From Dipteris shenzhenensis (Eukaryota), in the NCBI GenBank assembly GCA_047967505.1, contig CM106538.1: a stretch of 64,000 nucleotides of DNA, one strand, 5' to 3'. This document shows, piece by piece, positions 51,324-63,347 of this stretch (its first letter is position 1; the number at the start of each line of letters is the position of its first letter). The notes under the pieces are model-generated. The model was not told the origin of the DNA. It saw nothing but the letters and a program-made list of their open reading frames with translations, and made no database searches. Both the position numbers and the translations under genes were made by a program.

Positions 51324-53330
51324 TTACATTTGGGGATCTCTTAGGACCCAACGCCTCCCTTGTCTGACTCTACGTTGCAACCAAAGCACAACCCCTTGGC
51401 TCCTTGTTGAGGACTTCCAAGCAGCATATCTGCTTGTCTTCTTGACATGTTAAACCGCTTCTGCGAGACTTGAGATCTCTACCTTATCACGCTTGAGAGT
51501 CCTGGCCTCTAGACATCTATAAAACCAATCGAACATTTCGTGTAGTGCATTGCTTCACGCAATACCACCCCCATGCCTTGTATTCTTGAAGTATGCTGCC
51601 TTTGCTCTGTAGTGTGATTTCTCCATTCCTTGAGTATTCCATATGGACAGAGGGCCCCATTACTCCACAAACCATGGTGCATGTGTGTAAAGAATATGTT
51701 GTAAAGAAAAACATTGTATTAAAAACATAAACTGACTCAACTTTAAAGCACAAAATTTCAACCTAAGGAGGATTACCATGTAATGTGTAATATGTGACTC
51801 CCCCCATGCTTCTACCATCAATGATATGAATTCTCCCAATGCTGTCCTGAATCTCTCATAATAAAGCTCATCTGTTTGACCTTGTCTAAGCAACTTTATA
51901 AATGCATCAAGCTTTGTCCACAGTTTTACTCTCAAAGTAGCAATTTGTGGATGTGAAGCTTGATTTGTGGTGCACTCACACAAATCTTTCCAGTACTCCC
52001 AACCTAGGGTGCTTTGATCCAATGTATGTTTTTCTTTATCAGCATTGTGGTTAGACAAGAACCTCCTTGCCTTTCATCCACCCATGGACACTTTAGCAGG
52101 AAGATTTTGTGTCTTTCCTGATTGTTTCTTGTCCCACTTAAGCTTCACATTGCCTCCGTGAAGTCCCATTAGTGAGAGTAGTTCTTCAGCTTTTACAATG
52201 CATTGTGCAGATACTTATTGTGGCCTCAAATTCCAAGCATAAACTAGATGGAGATAGAGTAACTTATCAAGTATACGCAGTTCAGCATGCAAAGTACACT
52301 CGTGTACCTGCTCCAATGGAATTGGTAGAATGGGATCCCACTTAGGATCCTTTTTGTGACGATCAGGCACTGCACTTTGGTTGCAAGAAAGGATGCCATT
52401 TTCCCACTGTAGGCTTTCCTTTTGCATCTTCTGAGAGTGGGTGCAATACAAGCATGTCCATTTTGCATCTGCACATGCATCACAACCATACAAGCACTTG
52501 AGGGTCTTCAAATCACCAGCTAGATGCCATTCAACTTGAAACATTCCATACCCATCCACAATTAATGTTTGCCCTGCCTCTTGTCTTCGAATAATCGAGG
52601 GATGCCGGTTCTCTCCAAAACCCACTTCAATGTCTAGTGGCACTCCTTTGGGGTCTCAAAGGCTGCAAGCCACCATATGTCCTTTTCAGATTGAACTGAG
52701 AAACCCTGCTCAACTTCCTCATCCCCTTGAGCAAAACGCAAGGCGTCGTTCATAATACAACTGCTCACCCTCTCTAGCTTGTGCTCTTTTACCAACTGAG
52801 CTTCATTCATTTTTATAACAAATACTAGCTAGCCATCTGTACAATGAAAGAGAAATTCAGTAAGGATATAAAAATCAGAAGAAATAAAGTTGAATATGAA
52901 GAGGGATTTTCTCTTACCTTCTTCTCTCATCCCATTGAATTTGACCATGGCTCTTTGCAAATTCTCTACATTCACGTAAAGATTATTGAAAGCATTCATC
53001 TCAAACGTTTGGATGCCATATTTCTTTTTACTCTTCCAAGTCATTGTGCCACTTACACAATGGTATCCTCCAAGCTTTTCTCTAGCACATTGGTTTGTTT
53101 CTTGACATGCAAGCCTTACATACCATGGTGTTGGCGATGGCATTGTAGATATCTTATACTTTTTCTCCATAGCAAACTTGAAAATTTTAAAAACACAGTT
53201 GTAAGCTTCACGACTTACACCAACAGCATCACAAGCTCCAAGCACCTCCTTTGCTTGGACGAGGCCCTTGAAATCCTTCATTACCTCTCTAGCAACTTGT
53301 TTACGCAACCCTTTTTGTCTAGGAAGTTGA
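51324..53330 (-). pseudogene. RAG1/Transib/Chapaev-type DDE transposase, three exons, inactivated
   Basis: VFVIKM(N)E, WHLAGDLKTL, CLYC, CTLHAELRILDKLL, ITHYM/HILYTHAPWF, WGPLSIWNTQGMEKSH parallel the RAG1 core order D..D..CxxC..LH..HxxxxH..E; introns 52917-52837 and 51776-51699; several stops and frameshifts; 5' limit uncertain. Confidence 0.8.
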
Positions 53331-55015
53331 AATAATAGGAAGAATTATATAAAGGTTCCACATACTCCTAGAATTATTCAAAAAATGGCTTCATAAGAGC
53401 TTTTTATAAAGAGATACAATTCATGGACATGAATGAAGACAACTTTCTTTTGGCCGAATACCATAGATTTGTCATGCTAGAGTCTAGAGGGATGTTTAAG
53501 GGTCTCATACTGTCTATATCTTTAGGTAGCAATTTGAGTAGGAGATTTGGTCAAGAATAGAACAACAAGCAAGACCTACATCATTCCTTTGTTTTCGTGA
53601 AAAGCCTTGGATTGTATGCCTTACAGATGAGACCAATTTTAAGAGGAAGCATGTCCAAATATATGTACCCTTTGCACAAACGTACAAAGCTTGCCAAGCA
53701 GTAATGTAAGATTATGCAACCCTACCACTGCCAACAGTGTAGGGTAGATAAAATACATTTATACACAGACCAACAGGCCAAGCCACTATAAACTCTAAAA
53801 ATAATTAGTAAAGTAATCAGAAATTGCATCATGGCTAGATAACGTTCTGTTAGGGAACAAATCAAAATGGAATCTATCATCCCAGCATACATCTTAAAAC
53901 ACGAGTGATAATCTCTTTCAAAAGCCACTATCGAATTTCCGCACTTTTCCACCATCAGCCAAGCCACCCTTCAAACTTTTCTAGAATTCAGTGACGGTAT
54001 CTATGCAACTTTATGTGCTTTATCACACTTTGTGAGTTAAGTGCTTCCACAGCATTGCAGGAGCTTGATCACAGATGGACAACTGAAACAGCAGAACAGG
54101 AAACAACAAAGCAAAACTTTCTATTCATTATCTTGGCTTATGCAATATATTTTACGCCCGAAAGCCTTGCCAATTGTTATAAAGGAACCCAGACTAACCT
54201 CAATAAAGACAAGCCACCCAAAGGATGCATTCCGTCTTATTTTGCACCTTCAATTTCACATCAAAGTTGATGACATCAAGCAATGTCGATGTTTATTGAT
54301 CCTTGAAGCCTTGAATTAAAATGGATAGGAATCCTTATTTAGCCTAGCCCCCCCCCCCCCCCCCCCCCAATTCCTCCCCCACCCCCCAAAAAAGAAAAAA
54401 GGTTTTAAAACAGAGCTCCTGATGATGGGTAGCAAACAGAAGATCCAAAACTGTTTGTGAAAGTTGTTATCCATCCTTTCTTCTTCTACAAAATGTTGCC
54501 ACCCAAAGCCTTCTGCTTAGACATGACAGCAGATTACTTTGTACAGAAGTAGGAGGGCTTCATTGCTTTGAAGAGCCTTCACTGATAAGTATGTTAATCT
54601 ACTCTTGAAATAAGAGAAAGCCAATTGGCATCAGGAGGTGCCACTCAATTCTGAAAGGCCTTCACACAGTAAATAAATATGCAGAGACCGCTGTGATTCA
54701 CATTTGGATCACTAACGGGAAGAAAATTTCATGATATTCCTGCTAAAGTCTTCCGATGCCCTGACAGGTGCTTTCCAGGTTTACAATTGCAGCAGACCTG
54801 ACATAGATAATGAACAGGATGCAAATCAACCATGATTGTAAAAAACGATGGACACTGATAAATTCTCCCAACATTGCATCTACCCAACCTCAATAGTATC
54901 ATTAAATTAATGTAGAAGCGGGCGAGGTGAGCGGGGTCTGACTGGAGTCTTTGATGGGCTCACCCTGAGAAAACAATGAGGTACAACCAGTATGAGTAAG
55001 TCCCACGTAGCAATA

Positions 55016-55046
<31 letters not shown>

Positions 55047-55080
55047 CAATTTGAAAATTGTTGGTCCTCCTTAAAAGAGG

Positions 55081-56025
55081 TTTTGGAACATCGAAACAAG
55101 GCATTGGGTCTACTAGCACACAAGCTAGCCCAACAAGTACTCGCTACATAAAGTTTGTAATATTTTCTCACTGGTTGTAAAGGATCACTATTAGTTAATA
55201 GTGATCACCAGCAGTCCCATAGATCCTGAAGGGTCTCACGTGGACTTTAACACAATCATATCATACCATCTCTCTCTCTCTCTCTCTCATATCAGGGAGG
55301 AAAGAATCTGCAAAATCTGCCCCACAGGGGAGGTGGAAAATGAACGGCATGTACTCTTGAGATGTACATATACCTAGGTGAGTCCGGGACCATGCCCAAA
55401 CTCATCCTCTAAAAACACAACATAGTGCAGTTTCAATCTCATGATAGTCACTCATAAGGTTGAAAACCATAAACTCCATCACATAGCAAGGACTAGCTAC
55501 TATGACATCCCCACTGACGTCATTAGCGCCCTACAGTCATACATATCCACACACCCACACATACTTGAGCATCCATTTATACAAAGTCTTTGTACTGAGT
55601 TTCTGTCAGCACTCCGGAGGTGAAGGGAAGACTCAGCTATGACAAAGGCTAGCACTAAAGGAGAAGGCTACAGCCTACACACATCTCGAAGAAGGCTGTG
55701 GAGACAGTAGAGATCTAAAAAGTCTGCTGGAGCAGCCAGCCAAAAAGCTAGGAAGCTACTTGAAGGAAATTGCTGTGGAGACAGCAGAGATCTAAAAAGT
55801 CTGCTGGAGCAGCCAGCCAAAAAGCTAGGAAGCTACTTGAAGGAAATTTTGGAACATCGCAACAAAAAACTGGGTCTAGCACACAAGCTAGCCCAACAAG
55901 GACTCCATACATGATAAGTTTGTAATATTTTCTCTCATTGCACGTAAGGGATCCTTATTAGTTGATAGTGATGCCAGTCCCATAGATCCTGACGGGTCTC
56001 ACGTGGACTTTAATACAATCATATC

Positions 56026-56060
<35 letters not shown>
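55081..56060 (+). repeat. Two ~210-bp direct repeats (about 55081-55290 and 55847-56060) ending in (CT)n, with an internal ~77-bp tandem duplication
   Basis: ttttggaacatcg..ctagcacacaagctagcccaacaag..gggtctcacgtggactttaa occurs twice; gctgtggagacag..ttgaaggaaatt occurs twice. Confidence 0.8.
55294..55377 (+). pseudogene. Fragment of a LINE ORF2 C-terminal CCHC zinc knuckle
   Basis: REERICKICPTGEVENERHVLLRC matches the Cx2C..ExxxHxLxxC motif of non-LTR retrotransposons. Confidence 0.7.
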
Positions 56061-56068
<8 letters not shown>

Positions 56069-56074
56069 CATATC

Positions 56075-56125
<51 letters not shown>

Positions 56126-57050
56126 TTGGAACTGTAATGGTACCCTCTGGTCCGGCCTTGGGAATTTCTCTAAGTCATACACAGGAAGTCAGCCTACAAG
56201 AAGGAGACAAGGGAGACACGTGGAGTACAGGGATCAGGAGGAGTAGCAGTCTTATATAGATCATCTCTTATTGGAGCGATATCCGTGGAGAGAAGAGATC
56301 CACATTCTAGGTTTCTTTATATCCGACTACGATGCATCACCAGTCGTAATTTCTTCATAGCGATCTACTACTTCCCACCAAAGACCTCACACTTTGTCAG
56401 GGAAGTACAGGAGGAGGCTGAGACATCACCATATACATCCTTGTCACGGGGACGTGAAAAGTGAATGATGTAAAGTATCTTTGTAACTCAACCCACGCTT
56501 AACCTAGGGTTAACCATGGTTAATTGTAGTATTGGTTTGGCCATGAGGGATTGGCTAGAGGAAATACACGCTTCCTAGGAGTTCCTAGGGACAAAGTCTA
56601 GGCGCACCACCATGTCCTAGGGGCAAGAAAAGGCTTTAAAAGAGGGGTCTAAAGGTTGGGTCCAAGGACAACCAACGTTGTCCTTTGGTATAGGGATTAG
56701 GACTTTAATGAAGGGAAAAACTGCAAAAACGAGGTGCCATTTGTCATGCATGTGTATGCATGCCCTTCCCCCACCTTCCACCTCTCTCCCCTCACCCTCC
56801 TAGAGATGTTGGACGTCAAGCAAAAGCTCCTTGTGTGTTTTTCATTGCATTTTTGCTGCTCCTACTCTTGTGCGTTGCTGCTCTAGCTGCTCCCTCCCCC
56901 CCCCCCCGGGGCATGTTTCTCGAGACAGTTTGGCTGCAGGCACGAATCTTGAGAGGCTATATTAAAGCTGGCGTGGATCCCAAATGCAGGAAGTCTAGCA
57001 TTTACTGCAGTCCGTACAGCCATACGAACTGTACGGAACAGGGTGCAGCC

Positions 57051-60000
57051 TGTTGGGGTAAAGGCACATTGCCACCCTTTTTTTAAAGTTATGACACCTA
57101 TGACTGTCTTAGGACAGTCATAGGGTGAAAAACCTAATCCTAATAAAACCTATGAGTTTGTGGTGTGGCTCAACACTTTTACACACCCACACTTCTTGTG
57201 TCTCCCTCTCTCTCTCTCTCTGTCTCTATCGTTTATCTCCCCCACTCTTTCCCTCTCAACTGGTATCAGAGCCTCTACCTCTCCCTCTCCACTCCAGTCT
57301 ACCCCTCCCTCTACCCCTTCCTCTCCCCTCGGGCATCGCACCCTACAGCAGCGGACAGCGGCAGCAGGAGCAGGCAGCGTGCGCGGGCAGAGCGGGGCAG
57401 CGCGGGGCAGCGCGTGCGAGCGGGCGCAGCAGCCGCGCGCAGGTCGCGCGCGGGCAGCCGCAACAGCAGCTAGCTAGCTGCTGCTAGCTGCTACCCGCTA
57501 CCAAGCGGGCGCAGCCAGCGTGCAGCACCGGCGCACACCCAGGCTGCACACGGGCAACCGTACCAGAGCGACCCGTACAGCCAGCCGTACCGGCTGTACG
57601 GAATCCGTACAGGCCATCGTACCGGCTGTACGGTCGCGTGACTAGCAAGGCAGCCGTACCGTACGGACGCTGTGACAGGAGGTTCAGGTCAAAAAAAATT
57701 TTTTGGATTTCGTGCCCTCGCAGGTACAGGGTACAGCAAGTACCCTGCGCAGGTACAGGAGGTACAGCAGGCACAGAAATTTTGTTTTGGGGAAGAAGGA
57801 AAAGAGAGAGCACTCTGCTCTTCATTCCCGGAATTTGTTCAGTTCTAAAACTGTGTGTTTGAGGTACAGCAAGTACACTCGTGTCCCTCGTGCTTGAGGT
57901 GACTATTGCCACAGTGTGTGGTGGTTGCACAGTTATTTTGTTTCGGGGAGGTCAGATGCCTTGATTTTGCAGAGGGCTTTTATGCTTCTGCTGAGTGCAA
58001 ATCTCAGTTTTCGGGTGACAATTTCATAGGGCTTTTGCCTGGAAGTGTATGCAGTGTATGCCTTGAGGCAGTGTGGAGCCAGGTTGCCCACATTGGTCTT
58101 GTTTCCGCAGTGTATTCAGTGACATTTCTTGCAGGTCACATTCTGTGTACGACACTTTGAAAATCTCAGTTGAGCCACGCTTGGCCAGGGCGCATCGAGT
58201 TTACTCGGTCCCTAACTGTCCATCGTTGACAGTGCTCAAAAGATTTTCTCTTCAGTGTTTGTACGTTGGGATCTGTGTTGCTACTGTGTACACAGGGCCG
58301 TTTATGCATTACATTGTCAGGTGAAAGTGCCAGGAGAGCGCTGTATTTTGTATGCTATCTCAGTGTTGAGGGTGTTTTTCACTTGGTACAGGTGTCAAAT
58401 CAAGGGGCTTTTGCCCAGATTCTGCTTGTGAGCACTTGAGTTACTGTTTGAGACCTCCAGATGCCTTTTATCTCCTTGGCAGAAGGGTGATTGTTTGGGA
58501 TTTGTCCCATACTTTGTTGCAGGTTTTGTGACAGGCTGAGGTGTTTGGAGCCTTTTTTTTTTTCAGTGGACAAAACAGTGTATGACAAGTGGTTTATGCA
58601 TATAAAATCAGTGCAATACCTCATCTGAGGTGGGAGAAGTGTCCAAGACAGCAGTGTTTTGTGCTTCGTCAGTTGATGATGCACTGATAAAGCACTTGTG
58701 GAACAGCTGCAGCATTCTGAAGTTACTGTTTTATGCCTATTTGAGCACGGTACAGTGTGTCAGAAGGTACAGTGACTGGAGGGAAAATTTTCTGTTTTGC
58801 TGCAGATTTTTTGACAGTAAAAACAGCACTATTGTGAGTGCTCCTGGCTCTTGATAGAGCAGGTTTTCTGAGAAATCAGAATTTTATTTAGTCATTTTTT
58901 GACTTACAGGGAGTCAGGTACTTTCCTTATCTGATATGGCATCAGGGGGAAGTGAATCTTCAATTCTGAACATAAAGAAATTGGAAGGGGCACACAATTA
59001 TGCATTATGGGCAGAACAGTGTTTGAATGTACTTCTGCTACAGAAGATTTCTAAGCCCATAAGGGTGAAGGGTGTCAAGCCATCTGGGATGTCAGATGAT
59101 GAGTGGGAGGAGCTTGATTTGTCCGCTAGGGCTGCTATCATGCTTACTCTCAGTGATTCTCTTGTGTTCAATGTTCAGGCTGAAAAGACCTCTTATGGCC
59201 TATGGCAGAGGCTAGAAGAGTTGTATGCCCAAAAGAGTTCAGCCAGTAAGGTTTATTGGTTGAAAAAGCTTGTAGACCTTCGCATGAAGGAAGGTACAGC
59301 TATGACCTCACACTTGAGTGAGTTCAATGCCATCTTTACACAGCTTATTGCACAGGGATTGAACCTTGATGAGGAGTTCAAGGCTACTTTCTTGTTGTGT
59401 ACCCTCCCTGAGAGTTGGGACACTTTCAAGACCACCCTGTCTAATTCAAATGTCACTCTTATGTATGCTGATGTGGAGAGCTCTCCTCTTGTGGAGGAGA
59501 TGAGCAGGAAGAATAATATGGGCAGCAAGTCTTCCAATGCTTTGCAGGTACAGGAAAGAGGTAGGACTCAGCAGAAGGGGAGATCTGCTGGCAAGTCCAA
59601 ATCCCGCAGTCAGTCCCGTGGCAAAAAGGATATTGAATGCTTCTACTGTGGCAAGAAGGGACATGTGAAGTTTAAGTGCTTCAAGTTTATACGGGATCAG
59701 AAAGCCAAGAAGGCTGAGGCAAAGGATGCAGGCAGTGGAAGCAAAGGAAAAGGCAAGGCCAAGGCAGATGACTTGGATACAGTGAATGTTGCAGCAGAGG
59801 ACAGTGAAAGTGACAGACATGATGTTTTATGCTCTTCTGCTGTAATTGCACATACATTGGTTATTGATGGCCATGACATGCACACCTGGCTCTTGGATTC
59901 AGGTGCTTCTTTTCATGTTACTCCTCATAGGGAGTGGTTTACTTCCTACACAGGTACTCATGGAGTTGTTCACCTTGGGAACAACTATGCATGTCAGATT

Positions 60001-63000
60001 GCAGGGATTGGCAGTATACAGATAGTATTCCCTGATGGACGCATATTTATGCTTGATGGTGTTCGCCATGTGCCGCAAATCAAGAAAAATCTGATTAGCA
60101 CTGGCTTGTTGGATGACAGTGGTTACCACACCACATTTGGGGATTCCAAATGGGTGATTACTGATGGCCAGGGTGTAGTGGTTGAGGGTTATAAGAGTGA
60201 TACCTTGTACCCTCTTTATGTTTCCAGTGTAGGTAATCATGTTGTTGCCATAACCGAGCTGCCAAAGGTTTCATTGTGGCATAGCCGGTTGGGACACATG
60301 TCCGTTAAAGGAATGCAAGAACTGTCACGTTTGGGTTATCTGCCGTCTTTCATTTTCAGATTTGCCTACTTGTGATCATTGCATATTTGGCAAGCATTCT
60401 ATGACTCCTCATAAGAGGAGAACTCCCCAAAATAGAGCACCGCTTGATCTAGTGCACACTGATTTGTGTGAGATGCCACAACTATCACTAGGGGGTGCAA
60501 AGTATTTCATTACTTTTATTGATGATGCCACACGCAGATTGCGGGTTTATTTCTTGAAGCGTAAGAGCGATGCCTTAGATGCTTTCAAGAAGTTTGTCGC
60601 TCAGGTTGAGAATCGGACAGGACGCAGGCTGAAATGCCTCAGATCCGATAATGGGGGTGAGTATGTGTCACATGCTTTTGTACAGTTTTGTGAAGCTAAG
60701 GGCATTAAACAGGAACTCACAGCCCCTCATAATGCATCTCAAAATGGTGTGAGTGAGTGGATGAATCGAACTATTCAGGAGAAAGTTCGATGTATGTTGT
60801 CTTATGCTGCATTGCCCCATGGCTTTTGGGCGGAAGCCGTGCAAACAGCAGTTCACATAATTAACAGGTCGCCGAACAAGGCTTTGGAGTTGAAAGTGCC
60901 AGAGGAGGTGTGCTCTGGCAAGCCACCTTCATATAAGCACTTACGTGTGTTTGGCTGCGAGTGCTTTGCTCATATACGCAAAGAACTGCGCACCAAACTG
61001 GAGCCAAAGTCTTTTAGATGCATCTTCATGGGTTACGGTGACGAAGGTGAAATGGGGTACAGGTTATGGGATCCCGTCAAACGGAAGATTATACGCAGCA
61101 ATGATGTCATCTTTGAGGAGGATAGTGTACACAAAGAACCCGTGCAACCTGTGGAATACAGGAGGGTTGTTTATGATGATGTCGGACAGCAAAGAATGCC
61201 CATTAATATGCAGAAGCAGGCTGCTGTAGATAACCCTGTTCAAGAGGGTATATAGGCTGAAAATCAGCCAGACAATTTTGCCAATGATGCACCACTGGAT
61301 ATGCCAGCAAATGGGGCTGTAGAACAGCCAAATATGGTGGTACAGCCACCCATCATGCATGACGAACAGGCTAGACAGCAGCCTAATTCGGAACATTTTT
61401 TTAGGAGGAGCACCCGTGTACAACGACCTCCTGACAGGTTTGTTCCAGGAGCCAATAATGTGGCTGATTTTATCATGCTGACAGATTGTGGTGAGCCTTC
61501 CAGCTTCAAGGAAGCTATGGGAAGAACAGAGAAAAGGAAGTGGGAGAAAGCCATGCAGTCAGAAATGGACTCCCTACTTCAAAATGATACATGGGACTTG
61601 GTGCAGCTACCTGCAGGCAGAAAGGTTTTGCCATGCAAGTGGGTTTTCAAAGTCAAAGTGGATTCAAATGCTTTACCGAGGTATAAGTCCAGATTGGTTG
61701 CCAAGGGATTTCAGCAGGAGAAGGGCATTGACTTTGATGAGATCTTTTCCCCTGTAGTCAAGATGACTACTTTGAGAGCAGTGTTAGCTCTTGTTGCTCA
61801 TGAGGACATGGACTTATGTCAGATGGATGTGAAGACTGCTTTTCTTCACGGAGATCTCCATGATGAGATCTATATGAGTCAGCCAGAGGGATATGCTGTT
61901 AAAGGGAAAGAGCAGCTTGTGTGTAAGCTCAAGAGGAGCTTGTATGGACTCAAGCAGGCGCCAAGAGAATGGTACAAGAAGTTTGATGCCTTCATGCAGT
62001 CCCAAGGGTATCATAGGTGTGAGACCGATCTCACTGCTTGTACACCAAACGGGCAAAGGATGGCAGTTTGATGCTACTCATTCTATATGTGGATGACATG
62101 CTGATTGCCAGCAAATCTCAGCAGGAGATTAGTGCTTTGAAGAAGCAACTGCATAAATCTTTTGACATGAAAGACTTGGGTGATGCAAACCATATTCTTG
62201 GTATGCGGATTATCCGTGACAGGTTCAAAGGACTTTTGTTTCTGTCACAGAAGGAGTACATTGACAAAGTACTGCAGAGGTTTAAAATGGAGGGGGGGAA
62301 GTCTATTAGTACCCCGTTGCCTCCACATTTAAAACTCAGCAGTAAGGACAGCCCCAGATCAGATGATGATAAGACTGAAATGGCCAAGGTTCCGTATGCA
62401 TCTGCAGTTGGTTCTTTGATGTATGCCATGGTTGCCACTCGTCCGGATATTGCTTTTGCGGTGGGAGTCATCAGCAGGTATATGGCAAATCCAGGTAAGC
62501 GGCACTGGGAAGCAGTGAAAGGTGTCTTGAGGTATCTCAAGGGTACCAAAGACTTGTGCATATGCTATGGTAGGCAGGATGCATTGGTGCATGGTTTTAC
62601 AGATTCAGACTATGCAGGGAATGCAGATAACCGGAAGTCTACTACCGGTTATATTTTCACATTTGCAGGAGGTGCTATATCATGGGTGTCTCGGTTGCAG
62701 AAATGCGTTGCACTGTCAACCACTGAAGCTGAATATGTTGCAGCCACTGAGGCTTGCAAGGAAGCAATATGGCTTACTCGGCTGGTGGGAGATTTGGGCA
62801 TTACAGGAGATATGCCAGTTTTGCATTGTGATAGTCAGAGTGCTATCATGTTGGCAAAGAATTCGGTCTTTCATCAGAAGACCAAGCACATAGATGTGAA
62901 ATACCATTTCATCAGGGAGGTACTGGAAGACAAGCGACTTGAGCTTGTGAAGGTGCATACTGATGATAATCCTGCAGATTTGCTCACTAAGAGCTTGCCT

Positions 63001-63347
63001 ACAGAGCGGTTTGCACATTGCCGCCACATCATGGGATTAGGATGAGACCATTCTTATTTTATGGTCTTGTATACAGTAACTGTATATTGCTGTAATTTTA
63101 TTCTTTTCTCCCCTTTAGGCACATTGGCCTTTAGGTGGGAGGTTGTTGGGGTAAAGGCACATTGCCACCCTTTTTTTAAAGTTATGACACCTATGACTGT
63201 CTTAAGACAGTCATAGGGTGAAAAACCTAATCCTAATAAAACCTGAGTTTGTGGTGTGGCTCAACACTTTTACACACCCACACTTCTTGTGTCTCCCTCT
63301 CTCTCTCTCTGTCTCCATCGTTCCACTCCCCCACTCTTTCCCTCTCA
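57051..63347 (+). mobile_element. Ty1/copia LTR retrotransposon 3, full length, related to copia 2
   Basis: LTRs 57051-57258 and 63144-63347; TSD cagcc; PBS tggtatcagagc at 57261; PPT aggtgggaggt. Confidence 0.97.
58936..63045 (+). pseudogene. Copia 3 gag-pol with frameshifts (~60350, ~62030) and a stop (61255)
   Basis: CFYCGKKGHVKFKC, WLLDSGASFH, LRSDNGGEY, QMDVKTAFLHGDL, YVDDML, TDSDYAG. Confidence 0.96.

Noticed and set aside
50518-53330. Single transposase-H3 fusion ORF
   Set aside because: The transposase frame ends at TAA 51326-51324 and the H3 ORF starts in a different frame; a fusion would need splicing I cannot demonstrate.
53540-55000. Host gene exons or the terminus of the RAG1-like element
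   Set aside because: No convincing ORF, exon chain or inverted repeat matching the 16.8-kb side was found by eye; the poly-C run near 54348 is just a homopolymer.
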